A DNA stretch of 43,382 nt from Desulfobacteraceae bacterium (GTDB taxonomy: Bacteria; Desulfobacterota; Desulfobacteria; Desulfobacterales; Desulfobacteraceae), in the NCBI GenBank assembly GCA_003353855.1, contig PIVS01000001.1:1-43382 (forward strand), in the 5' to 3' direction. Under the pieces are notes generated by a model. It made no database searches. It was not told where the DNA came from and saw only the letters and a program-made list of their open reading frames with translations. A program made the position numbers and the translations under genes. Of this stretch, positions 1-8,957 are shown piece after piece; the stretch's first letter is position 1; every line of letters starts with the position of its first letter.

Positions 1-324
1 TATTAACCCGAGGTAATTATTGAACGTAACGATTGCCCCAGGCCTTGCCGTATATTGATTTTGCTAAATTATAGTGATTTTATAATAGTAGAATCCAGCC
101 AAAACTTAGCTTTTGAAAAGGGTTATCCTAAGCGTATTTGTTCGATTTGTCAAGCTTATTCAGCTTATTCAGGAGGTTCTCTTAAAAAAGCGGGATCAAA
201 ATAGCACCTTGATTGTTAAATGCAGCAGTTTAAATCCAGGTATTTACCTTTCTATTGTGTTTTTCCCCTTTATTTATTAGGGTAGCCTGAAGGATAAGTC
301 GATATTGAATTTTGGAGTAATCAT

Positions 325-1326
325 GTGAAAAAATTTTTTCTTTTAATTATTATTGTCCTTGGTCTTAGTGCTCCTGTCTTTTGTGCATCGGAAAAAGAGT
401 TGTTTGAAAGCGGCCTGGACTTTTTGCAACAGGATAGATACCAGGAAGCCGTTGATACCTTTACCCAATTGATTGATGTGGCTCCGGAAAATCCCCATGC
501 CTACAGAAATCGTGGGGTGGCCTACATGAAATTGAATCTTTATGACAAGGCCATAAATGATTTTCAGCGGACAAAAGAGATAGTTCCTGATTTAAAAGGT
601 TTGCACAGTAACCTGGGTGTGGCCTGGTATTATAAGAAAAATTATTCCAGAGCAATTAAAAATTACGATAGGGAAATTTCCTTGTCTCCGGATAACTATT
701 TTGCCTATTTTAATAGAGCTATCTGCTGGGCTGTGCTTGAAGATTACGAAAAAAGTTTTTCAGATATTATCAAAACCATTGAACTTTTACCTGACTTTTA
801 CCTGGCTTTCTGTTTGAAAGGGGACCTGCTTGTGAAAATGAACCGGCCCCGGCAAGCAAAACAGGTCTATGAAGATGCCATTTCCATTGACCCGGATCAG
901 ACCTACGCCAAAGAACAGCTTGCAAGTTTGAAGCTTGATTCCGGGCCGGTGGAAAAGGGTGATCCTGCCCAGGTGCCAGTGCCGGATAAAAAACAAGAGG
1001 ATCGGCCAGCCCAAAAAATTCAACCCAAAACCATTAAAAAAAAGTTGGAAAAAACCACTTCACCTGTATTGCCTAATGTTCCAGGGAACTACCGACTCCA
1101 GGTCGGTGCATACCAGGTTCGTAGTAATGCCATGGCGATGCAAAAAAAACTTGAAGAAAAAGGGTATGAGGCAATAGTCCTTGAATTGACCAGACCCAAT
1201 AAAGTTACCTGGTTCCTGGTGAGGGTTGGCACATATCCCCTGCAAGGGGAGGCTGCAGCAGACAAGTATAGTTTAAAAAATGATCTGGGAATTGATGCCA
1301 TTGTCAAACCCACCGGCCAGTTTTAA
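325..1326 (+). CDS. TPR-repeat protein with N-terminal signal peptide and C-terminal SPOR (peptidoglycan-binding) domain
   Basis: GTG start 7 nt after GGAG. Hydrophobic N-terminus MKKFFLLIIIVLGLSAPVFCA. Repeated 34-aa TPR-like units (AY.NRG.AY..L..Y..AI.DF). Pro/Lys-rich linker, then a SPOR-like tail YRLQVGAYQVRSNA..LEEKGYEA...WFLVRVGTY. Confidence 0.8.
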   Translation: MKKFFLLIIIVLGLSAPVFCASEKELFESGLDFLQQDRYQEAVDTFTQLIDVAPENPHAYRNRGVAYMKLNLYDKAINDFQRTKEIVPDLKGLHSNLGVAWYYKKNYSRAIKNYDREISLSPDNYFAYFNRAICWAVLEDYEKSFSDIIKTIELLPDFYLAFCLKGDLLVKMNRPRQAKQVYEDAISIDPDQTYAKEQLASLKLDSGPVEKGDPAQVPVPDKKQEDRPAQKIQPKTIKKKLEKTTSPVLPNVPGNYRLQVGAYQVRSNAMAMQKKLEEKGYEAIVLELTRPNKVTWFLVRVGTYPLQGEAAADKYSLKNDLGIDAIVKPTGQF

Positions 1327-1376
1327 AATTAAAAAAGGTCCCATTTTTTTATTTTACCCATCAATAGAGGAAATAA

Positions 1377-2684
1377 ATGGATATATATAATTTGGTCAGT
1401 TTTGCCGGCATCTTCTGGTTGCTGGGCATTGCATGGCTAATATCACGCTTTGTTTTTAAGAATACCCAGAAGATAAACTGGCATCTTTTAAGATGGGCAC
1501 TTGGGCTCCAACTGGTTTTTGCTCTGTTCATTTTTGTGGTTCCTGCAGGTGTAGTCATATTTCAAACCATAAATGACCTGGCTGTAGCCGTTCTGGGAAC
1601 CGCTTCCCAGGGGGCTCAATTTGTCTTTGGGCCTCTGGCTTTACCGCCTGGTGTCCAGGGGTCCTTGGGGTTTATTCTGGCCTTTCAGGCATTTCCCACC
1701 ATTATTTTTTTCTCAGCCCTGGTATCGGTTTTGTATTATTATAGGGTTTTGCCCCTTATAATCCGGCAGTTTGCCCGGCTTTTTACAAAGGTGATGCGAA
1801 TTTCCGGTGCCGAAGCCCTCTGTGCTGCCAGCAATATATTTGTGGGAATTGAATCGGCCTTTACCATCAAGCCCTATATCGACAAAATGACCCGGTCTGA
1901 ATTATGCACCATTCTTACCGCCGGTATGGCCACAGTGGCATCAAACGTCCTGGCATTTTATGTGTTTACATTGCAGGCCCAGTTTCCTTCCATTGCCGGT
2001 CACCTGATATCTGCCTCATTTCTATCTGCCCCGGCAGCCCTGGTAATGTCAAAGCTCATATTTCCGGAAACCGGCGCTCCCCAAACCCTTGGCAGGGTAG
2101 TGGAGATTCACTATGAACGGGACGCCAGTCTCTTTGAAGCCATAATTACCGGTGCCACATCAGGGCTTAAGGTGATTTTCAGTATTGTGGCGCTTTTGAT
2201 TGCGGTGCTGGGACTTGTGGCATTGGTGGACCTGATCCTGGGCAATGCCGGCGGCATTCTCAACCAATGGCTTGGTACCACCATGGATTTGTCTATGAAA
2301 CATCTTCTGGGCTATATATTTTATCCTTTTACCCTGATCATCGGAGTTCCGCCCGTGGATGCCGGCATTATTTCCCGGATCATCGGGGAGAGGATTATTC
2401 TGACCGAAGTGGTTTCCTATCAGGATCTTGCCCTGGCCCTTGCCCAAAAGAGTCTGACCCATCCAAGGTCAGCTGTTGTGGCAGCCTATGCCCTGTGCGG
2501 ATTTGCCCATGTGGCCTCCATGGCTATTTTTGTGGGCGGTGTTACAGCACTTGCGCCCAAACGGACGGCAGCCATATCCGCTGTCGCAGTCAAGGCCTTG
2601 ATTGCTGCGACATTCGCCTGTCTTTTAACGGCCTGCGTGGCAGGTACCTTCTACAACAATACCAGCTTGCTGCTGGGAAATTAA
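1377..2684 (+). CDS. nupC: Concentrative nucleoside transporter, NupC/CNT family
   Basis: 435 aa polytopic membrane protein. ATG 5 nt after GAGGAA. The N-terminal, central (GAEALCAASNIFVG..E) and C-terminal (ALCGFAH..S) blocks are typical of NupC-family permeases. Confidence 0.8.
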   Translation: MDIYNLVSFAGIFWLLGIAWLISRFVFKNTQKINWHLLRWALGLQLVFALFIFVVPAGVVIFQTINDLAVAVLGTASQGAQFVFGPLALPPGVQGSLGFILAFQAFPTIIFFSALVSVLYYYRVLPLIIRQFARLFTKVMRISGAEALCAASNIFVGIESAFTIKPYIDKMTRSELCTILTAGMATVASNVLAFYVFTLQAQFPSIAGHLISASFLSAPAALVMSKLIFPETGAPQTLGRVVEIHYERDASLFEAIITGATSGLKVIFSIVALLIAVLGLVALVDLILGNAGGILNQWLGTTMDLSMKHLLGYIFYPFTLIIGVPPVDAGIISRIIGERIILTEVVSYQDLALALAQKSLTHPRSAVVAAYALCGFAHVASMAIFVGGVTALAPKRTAAISAVAVKALIAATFACLLTACVAGTFYNNTSLLLGN

Positions 2685-2695
2685 GGAACGATGGA

Positions 2696-3376
2696 ATGGT
2701 TTTATTAGATTCTCTTTGTTCGCAAAATCCAGGGATGATAGGTTTTTGTGAACGCGTGAAACAGGGAAGTGAAAAAATAGCAGTGAAAATTACCGATGAA
2801 CAGATATCTCTCATGGCTGCCCATGCCGCCGAATTGATTCTCTGGAATAAAAAAATCAATTTGACTGCCATTGTTGATCCTTTGGCCATGGCTGAAAAGC
2901 ATTTTATTGATGCCCTGGCGGTCCAGCCTTTTTTGGGAAAGGAAAAAAGAATAATGGACATGGGGACAGGCGGGGGATTTCCCTCCATCCCTTTGAAAAT
3001 CCTTAATCCATCAATCCATTTTGTTCTGGTGGATTCATCCAGAAAAAAGGTTAATTTTTTAAAACATGTGATCCGGACCCTGGGCCTCGAGAATATAGGT
3101 GCTATTCATTCCCGGGTTGAAGATCTGGCCTTTGAGGATTCCCATGCCGGAACCTATGATGCCGTCATGTCGAGGGCCTTTGCCGGTCTTGAAAAATTTG
3201 TCGGATTTGCCCTTCCCTTGCTCAAGCCTGCAGGGAAAATATATGCCCTTAAGGGGAAGCATGCCCCCGATGAAATAACCCCTGCCCTTAAATCTCAATT
3301 TGAGATCAGGACGGACCATTACCAGCTTCCCTTTGAAAAATCCGACCGGTATATGATTCAATTGGGGAAACTATAA
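2696..3376 (+). CDS. rsmG: 16S rRNA (guanine527-N7)-methyltransferase RsmG/GidB
   Basis: The track ORF 2267..3376 overlaps nupC until 2684. The RsmG-like sequence starts only after that (LILWNKKINLTAI..., SAM motif MDMGTGGGFPSIPL, SRAFA). Start chosen at ATG 2696; ATG 2735 is an alternative. Confidence 0.85.
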   Translation: MVLLDSLCSQNPGMIGFCERVKQGSEKIAVKITDEQISLMAAHAAELILWNKKINLTAIVDPLAMAEKHFIDALAVQPFLGKEKRIMDMGTGGGFPSIPLKILNPSIHFVLVDSSRKKVNFLKHVIRTLGLENIGAIHSRVEDLAFEDSHAGTYDAVMSRAFAGLEKFVGFALPLLKPAGKIYALKGKHAPDEITPALKSQFEIRTDHYQLPFEKSDRYMIQLGKL

Positions 3377-3659
3377 ATCATGATTTGTTAAAAAATCATA
3401 AGATATTTGGGATTACATCATCGGGAGACATTGTAATAGTAGCCACGGTCTGGCTTCTGATGGCTGGTGCACTTGACAAATTCTTATGCATTTTTGCCTT
3501 TGTAACGGCTAATATAATTTTAAAGCGTCCACATCAATTCAGGCCTCCTCATTTATATTTGTGCCCCTGAACTTTTCACCGAGAATGTATTGTCCATAAG
3601 TTTTGGCAACACTATCATAGGATTTTTTTGCCAGCAGGTTCTTGAATTTCTACTCTTTC

Positions 3660-4643
3660 TTATAGCGACTTAAACTGATTGTCCTGTTGATAGTAATATC
3701 CGTGCCATTGAATATTTTCCGCTATTTGAATTTTTTTATTGAGCTTTAGACCCTCCATCACCTCTTTTTTAAATAGTTGATAACCAACACGGTCTACAAT
3801 ATAGCCTATGTGCTCTTTGGGTAATGATCTGTCTATGTGGCGCTCAACAAAATCATAGGTGTTCTTAATAACTCCTACAACAACGTCCTCTGAGCTCCAT
3901 TTTATAAATGGCATGGCGATCCTCGGGTTCTTCTTACCTGTTCTGCCCATAATGACCATTCTGTAATAAGGGGTTTCACCTCTTGACCAAGCACCGGTGG
4001 GACATTTAAGAATACATTCACCACAACCAATACATTTTTCAGCATTTCTTTTAACATTGAAATTGTTCATTTCAAGAGCGCCTGTCACGTTTTCCCTACA
4101 GTTTTTTACACAAGCCTTGCAACTTATACAACGGCTTACATCATATTGTGGTTCTGTTGTACAGATAATACCGAAGTCCTGCATATGTGCTTTGATACAG
4201 TCATTGGGGCATCCAGTAACGGCAACCTTAAAATGCAAATTATTTGGATAGATAGTCTTTTCAATTTTTCTTGCAATTTTAGTGGTGTCATTATTTGCCT
4301 GGGGACATATTCTGCTTCCTACACATGCTGATATATTTCTTGTCCCTGCCGCAGGGTATCCATAATCTGTTACCTCAATATCTAAGCCCAATGATTCAAT
4401 AAGCGGTCTGATTTTCTTGTTAATTTCTGCTATCTTATCAAAATCTATATGGGGTACTTCAAAACCTTGCCTTGTTGTTATATGGACAGTTCCATCACCA
4501 TACTCTTCTGCTATGGATTGTATCAGTGTAAAGTGCTTTACTTCCATATAGCCACCTGGAACTCTTATTCTCAGGGCCGTTTTATTCCTTGTGTTTGTTA
4601 TGCGATAAGCATTCTTTGTAACAATTTTTCCATTGACACTCAT
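3660..4643 (-). CDS. asrC: Anaerobic sulfite reductase subunit C (siroheme/[4Fe-4S] catalytic subunit)
   Basis: Nitrite/sulfite-reductase cysteine motifs (ACVGSRICPQA, TGCPNDC) plus two ferredoxin CxxCxxCxxxCP motifs (CISCKACVKNC, CIGCGECILKCP). Start set at MSVNGK (4643), preceded by GGAG. The track ORF extends upstream to 4709 across the asrB stop. Confidence 0.85.
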   Translation of the reverse strand: MSVNGKIVTKNAYRITNTRNKTALRIRVPGGYMEVKHFTLIQSIAEEYGDGTVHITTRQGFEVPHIDFDKIAEINKKIRPLIESLGLDIEVTDYGYPAAGTRNISACVGSRICPQANNDTTKIARKIEKTIYPNNLHFKVAVTGCPNDCIKAHMQDFGIICTTEPQYDVSRCISCKACVKNCRENVTGALEMNNFNVKRNAEKCIGCGECILKCPTGAWSRGETPYYRMVIMGRTGKKNPRIAMPFIKWSSEDVVVGVIKNTYDFVERHIDRSLPKEHIGYIVDRVGYQLFKKEVMEGLKLNKKIQIAENIQWHGYYYQQDNQFKSL

Positions 4644-4654
4644 AATGGGCTCTC

Positions 4655-5446
4655 CTAATCTATTAGTGCTTTTGCTGTGGTATAATTGAAAACTGGGCCT
4701 TCTATACAAACATAGGTTTCGTCAATTTTACAATGTCCACATTTGCCAATACCACAACTCATCTTTCTTTCAAATGAAACCCAAATGTTTTTTTCTTTAA
4801 ACCCTTTTTGAATGAGTTCAAAAAGCATGAATTTCATCATAATTGGTGGGCCCACGACAACTGCAACTTTTTCATTAATATTGGTTAAATCAAGTTTATC
4901 TATGTGGGTTGTTATGAGACCTGTTTTTCCTGTCCAAGAATCATCCCCCTGATCAACGGTCACCGTAACACAATTTTTTTCAGACCATCTATTTATGTCA
5001 TCCACGAATAGTCTGTCTTTGGGAGATTTAAAACCAATTAGAACCTCAAGGTTTTTGACTTCATCTGGATTGTTTACAAAATGATCGATGGTTTTTCTAA
5101 TAGGTGCTAACCCTGTACCGCCTGCAATAAAAACTACATCTTTACCTCTATAATGATCTAAGTTAAACCCATTGCCATAGGGTCCTCTCATATATAGGGT
5201 ATCACCTTTTCCTAAGTTAAAAATTTGATCTGTTAACTTTCCTACTTTGCGTATAGTCATTTCCAATGAGGTATCATCATAATTGCAGATTGAAATGGGA
5301 GCTTCGCCAACGCCTGGTATGGAAATCTCCATAAACTGACCACCGACTAATTTTCCTTCGTAGGCTATTTTAAAGGTATAATCAATTTGTGTCTCTTGTT
5401 TGATATCAACAATTTTATAGGCATCAGGTAAATATGGATTATTCAT
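4655..5446 (-). CDS. asrB: Anaerobic sulfite reductase subunit B (FAD/NAD-binding, [2Fe-2S])
   Basis: Ferredoxin-reductase-type fold motifs (RKVG, GGTGLAPI) and a C-terminal 2Fe-2S cluster motif CGIGKCGHCK. Overlaps asrA by 8 nt. Confidence 0.85.
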   Translation of the reverse strand: MNNPYLPDAYKIVDIKQETQIDYTFKIAYEGKLVGGQFMEISIPGVGEAPISICNYDDTSLEMTIRKVGKLTDQIFNLGKGDTLYMRGPYGNGFNLDHYRGKDVVFIAGGTGLAPIRKTIDHFVNNPDEVKNLEVLIGFKSPKDRLFVDDINRWSEKNCVTVTVDQGDDSWTGKTGLITTHIDKLDLTNINEKVAVVVGPPIMMKFMLFELIQKGFKEKNIWVSFERKMSCGIGKCGHCKIDETYVCIEGPVFNYTTAKALID

Positions 5447-6461
5447 GGGTTGCTCCCTCTCTTACTATCGCATTTAATTTATTAATGCATTTTGAAAAGG
5501 AGATATATTCAGGACAGACATCATCACATCTTCCACATCCAACACACATATGTTCATTAAAACGTTTATAAAAATCGTTGATTTTGTGCATGGTTTTAAA
5601 GCGCATCTTTTCACCATTTTTCTCCCTAAAATGATGTCCTCCAGCCATATTTGTAAATTCATCAATATGACATCCCGCCCATACGCGTCTACGTTCCCCT
5701 ACCTTCTTGTCATCACTTAGTTTGATATCTTGCATGGTATAACATGAACAGGTGATACACGATGTGTTGCACCTTCCACATGCGATACACCGACTTGTAT
5801 ACTCTTCCCAAAGTTCATGCTTAAAGGTTTCTTTTGTTACTAAATCGACCTCTGGAATTGTAACCTTGACTTTGTTTTCTTGAATGAATACAGGTTCAAA
5901 TCTTGCGGTATCTACATTGTTAAGTTCATTTGTCATCAACGCTTTATCCATAACTTTTAGCGTAATGTTTTCTTCATTAAAGCGCACCGCCATATCATAA
6001 TTATTTGCAGCATTTGAATTCATGGATACACAAAAGCAAGTATCAAATCCTTCCACACATTCGATCATGGCAAATTTGATTAATTTTCTTCTTCTTGCGT
6101 AATAAAAATCAACTTCCCGGCCATTTTTTAAAAAGATCCTATCCAATTTTCTGATTCCATTTAAGTCACATGGTCTAACAAATATAAGAATTGGTTTTAC
6201 ATTAATGGCGGGAGTTTTTGTTGCATCATTAAAAAAATAAAACAAGGTTTCACGTATTGGGTAAAAAACTTCTTTAGGTGAAAAGTATGATTTTCTATCC
6301 AGTATAATATCATCTAAAACATTTATTTTTCCATATCCAATCACATCTGTTCCAGCAAATTTACCTTTGCCTTTTTGCAGAACCGGGGCGAAAATGTGGT
6401 ATGTGGCCCCAAGAACTTTTAAATAATCATTAAAAGCCAAAGGGTTAAGTTTATAGCCCAT
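5439..6461 (-). CDS. asrA: Anaerobic sulfite reductase subunit A (iron-sulfur subunit)
   Basis: 340 aa with Cys clusters CIACGRCNTSCITCSC and CVGCGRCDDVCPE. GGGAG RBS upstream of ATG 6461. Forms the canonical asrA-asrB-asrC order on the minus strand. Confidence 0.85.
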   Translation of the reverse strand: MGYKLNPLAFNDYLKVLGATYHIFAPVLQKGKGKFAGTDVIGYGKINVLDDIILDRKSYFSPKEVFYPIRETLFYFFNDATKTPAINVKPILIFVRPCDLNGIRKLDRIFLKNGREVDFYYARRRKLIKFAMIECVEGFDTCFCVSMNSNAANNYDMAVRFNEENITLKVMDKALMTNELNNVDTARFEPVFIQENKVKVTIPEVDLVTKETFKHELWEEYTSRCIACGRCNTSCITCSCYTMQDIKLSDDKKVGERRRVWAGCHIDEFTNMAGGHHFREKNGEKMRFKTMHKINDFYKRFNEHMCVGCGRCDDVCPEYISFSKCINKLNAIVREGATHE

Positions 6462-6876
6462 TATGTTACTCCCTATTTGTGGTTATAGTCGTTTTTCCTT
6501 GATAATCCAGTTTTTTTTAAGGTTAGGCACTGGTTAATGCGACGGTACAATATCACTCTCAAAATATTATCGAAAGCTTTTTTGTTGAATTAACTTTTAA
6601 TCTCTTAGAGCAGCTTTGACCCTTGGTCTTCATTAAAAATAAGATGTAATACACTTATTACACCACCTGATAGTCGGGCAAATATTGACAAAAGGTAAAT
6701 GCTTATCCTTTGTTGTTGCTCAATATTGAGTTTTTTTCATAAAATATATAAAAAATTGCAAATATATATAAATAAATACAAATAAATTTATTTATAACAA
6801 AGTATGGCGAGTATGTATTTTATGTGCTATTTTTCCACTAAATAGAAATTTGATACTAATTTAGCTGGAGTTAATT

Positions 6877-8205
6877 ATGAATGAATTCGTCATGCAAAAA
6901 CATAGCTCAAATATTTCGAAACAAGCCTTACACGTCAAGGCTGACATGACCGCCGAAGAATGGAAAGAAGCCATCAAATTTGACAGCGTTGATATTGGTT
7001 GGATAGTGATGAGTATCGGTATGGCAATTGGCGCAGGGATTGTTTTTCTGCCGGTACAGGTTGGCGTCATGGGACTATGGGTATTTCTGCTTTCTTCCAT
7101 CATCGGTTATCCCGCCATGTACCTGTTTCAAAAACTGTTCATCAACACCCTTGCGGAGTCAAAAAAATGTACTGATTACCCCGGTGTAATCACAGGCTAT
7201 CTCGGTAAAAACTGGGGGATTGCTTTGGGGCTATTATATTTTATCATGCTGGTAATCTGGGTATTGGTATACTCACTTGCCATCACAAATGACAGTGCTT
7301 CTTACCTGCATTCATTCGGCGTGACTACAACACATTTAAATGACAATGTTTTCTACGGATTGTTTCTAATCAGTATACTTGCTTTTATTGGCTCAAAGGG
7401 TGAAAAAATATTGTTCAAAATATCCGGTTTTATGGCGGTCACCGTACTGTCATTGGTTGGTCTCATGGGTATTTTGCTGATGTCACGCTGGAATCTGAAT
7501 AATATTCCAGCCATGGGCAATTTTGAATTCATTCTTAAAAACGCTATAATTACCCTGCCTTTTACTTTAACCTCAATTTTGTTTATCCAGTCTTTAAGCC
7601 CAATGGTGATTTCATACCGTTCATACGAAAAATCCATTGAAGTAGCTCGCTATAAAGCCTTAAGATCCATGAAAATAGCCTTCATTATCCTATTTGTGAT
7701 AGTATTCTTTTTTGCCGTATCTTTTACCCTTGCAATCACCCAGGACCAAGCAGCAGAAGCAATAAATAAAAACGTTTCCTCCCTGGCGATTATTGCACAC
7801 TACTTTCCTGGCAGCTGGGCAACAATTACAGGTATTGTAATTAATATTTTTGCAGTCGTAACCTCTTTTTTTGGTGTGTTTCTTGCGTTCCAGGAAGCTT
7901 GTCGCGGACTTTTAATGAACGTTTTACTTAGAAGAATGGATCAATCACAAATAAATAACGGCCTTATTAATAAGTTAGTCTCTGTTTTTATTATCCTATT
8001 TGCCTGGGTAGCAATCACACTAAATGCTCCTATTTTATCCTTCACTTCTATTTGCAGTCCCATCTTCGGCATGGTTGGCTGTTTAATCCCGGCTTACCTG
8101 GTTTATAAAATACCACACCTTAATATTTATAAAGGTTTTTCAACCAATCTTATTATTATCACCGGAATCCTGCTTTGCATTTCACCTTTACTTGTATTTT
8201 TGTAA
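6877..8205 (+). CDS. HAAAP-family amino acid permease (SdaC/TdcC/YhaO-like serine/threonine-type transporter)
   Basis: GGAG RBS. N-terminal block GMAIGAGIVFLPVQVGVMG and YSLAITNDSASY closely mirror the SdaC blocks GTAIGAGVLFLPINAGVGG and YSVAITNTVESF. About 11 TM segments. Confidence 0.75.
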   Translation: MNEFVMQKHSSNISKQALHVKADMTAEEWKEAIKFDSVDIGWIVMSIGMAIGAGIVFLPVQVGVMGLWVFLLSSIIGYPAMYLFQKLFINTLAESKKCTDYPGVITGYLGKNWGIALGLLYFIMLVIWVLVYSLAITNDSASYLHSFGVTTTHLNDNVFYGLFLISILAFIGSKGEKILFKISGFMAVTVLSLVGLMGILLMSRWNLNNIPAMGNFEFILKNAIITLPFTLTSILFIQSLSPMVISYRSYEKSIEVARYKALRSMKIAFIILFVIVFFFAVSFTLAITQDQAAEAINKNVSSLAIIAHYFPGSWATITGIVINIFAVVTSFFGVFLAFQEACRGLLMNVLLRRMDQSQINNGLINKLVSVFIILFAWVAITLNAPILSFTSICSPIFGMVGCLIPAYLVYKIPHLNIYKGFSTNLIIITGILLCISPLLVFL

Positions 8206-8244
8206 ACCAGGTGAAATAAGTTTGTTGCTGGTTTGATAGAAAGA

Positions 8245-8771
8245 TTAGGCAAAGTTGAGCAGGGTAATATTTGCGTTTGAGCGGATTAAAAAATAAACCT
8301 CGTTTTTCAAGCTTGCCGTGCTTGGTCCTGGCCTGCCGCCATGTTGTATTCTGTTCCCTGCAATAGCGATCAGTCCAACGGTTTTTGATTCACCTGGCTC
8401 AAATAGGATGCCAGTTCCCGCTGGGATGTCCAAACGTTTTCCATATGCTTTTTTACGATCAAAAAGCATACCGGGATTTGTTTAAAAAAAGGGGTAATGG
8501 GATCTCAGGAATTGTCGCAAATAGGCTGATGGATGGTGACCAGTTATGTTCCATCCGGGAACGTTCCTTCCACCTGAACTTCATGGATCATGGTATCAAC
8601 TTAGTCCATGACATCCCTCAAGCCTAAAAGTTTTTTTCACATACTCATCAATTGAGCCACGCAATTTCCTTCGCGAATAAACTCTAATATTTGCGAAGAA
8701 ATCAAGGCTATGCTTTCGGCATAGTTTAAAGGGATTCCACGGGCATACATGCCTTTAGGGGATAAGTGCAT
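8245..8771 (-). pseudogene. ureAB: Decayed urease gamma/beta (ureA-ureB) remnant
   Basis: Minus-strand reading from ATG 8771 gives [44 protein letters not shown]. This is the UreA N-terminus with an internal deletion and a stop. It continues [35 protein letters not shown], the UreA C-terminus with two in-frame stops. ORF 8245..8469 then reads [38 protein letters not shown], the UreB C-terminal half; the UreB N-terminal half is missing. No ureC follows. Confidence 0.75.
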
Positions 8772-8957
8772 CGTAACTCCTATTTTTGTTTACACATTAA
8801 AATGAATATCAGCAAACATAAGATGAATGGGGAAGCATAAGACAGGAAGACAGTTTTTGTTAATAAAAGTATCAAAAAATTTGACTTTTATGGGTGTTTT
8901 CTTGTAAAAGTGAAAGTTTAATATTAAATATAAATTTATCCGCATATCGGAGGAATA

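Noticed and set aside
1-324. Short direct repeat AGCTTATTC x2 (about 153-171) and general AT-rich leader upstream of the TPR/SPOR gene.
   Set aside because: It is a 9-nt repeat in non-coding DNA at the window edge, with no further structure or coding potential discernible.
2267-2695. N-terminal 143 codons of the 369-aa track ORF (would give a much longer RsmG).
   Set aside because: This part overlaps the nupC coding frame up to 2684 and translates to Cys/Arg/Ser-rich low-complexity sequence with no RsmG similarity. The methyltransferase similarity starts only after 2696.
3385-3570. 61-aa plus-strand ORF. Also a minus-strand startless frame at about 3540-3650 reading LAKKSYDSVAKTYGQYILGEKF, faintly like the N-terminus of a class I SAM methyltransferase (FD.VA..YD).
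   Set aside because: Both are too short and the similarity too weak to call. They have no start codon or RBS, and lie at the edge of the low-GC insert. This could be another relic but I cannot support it.
8771-8957. Possible T-box or other leader upstream of ileS, and a sigma-70-like TTGACT (8881-8886) promoter.
   Set aside because: I found no T-box core sequence (AGGGTGGTACCGCG-like) or specifier/antiterminator architecture, and the region is only about 190 nt of AT-rich DNA. The -10 partner of TTGACT (TAAAAG with an 18-nt spacer) is too weak to annotate.
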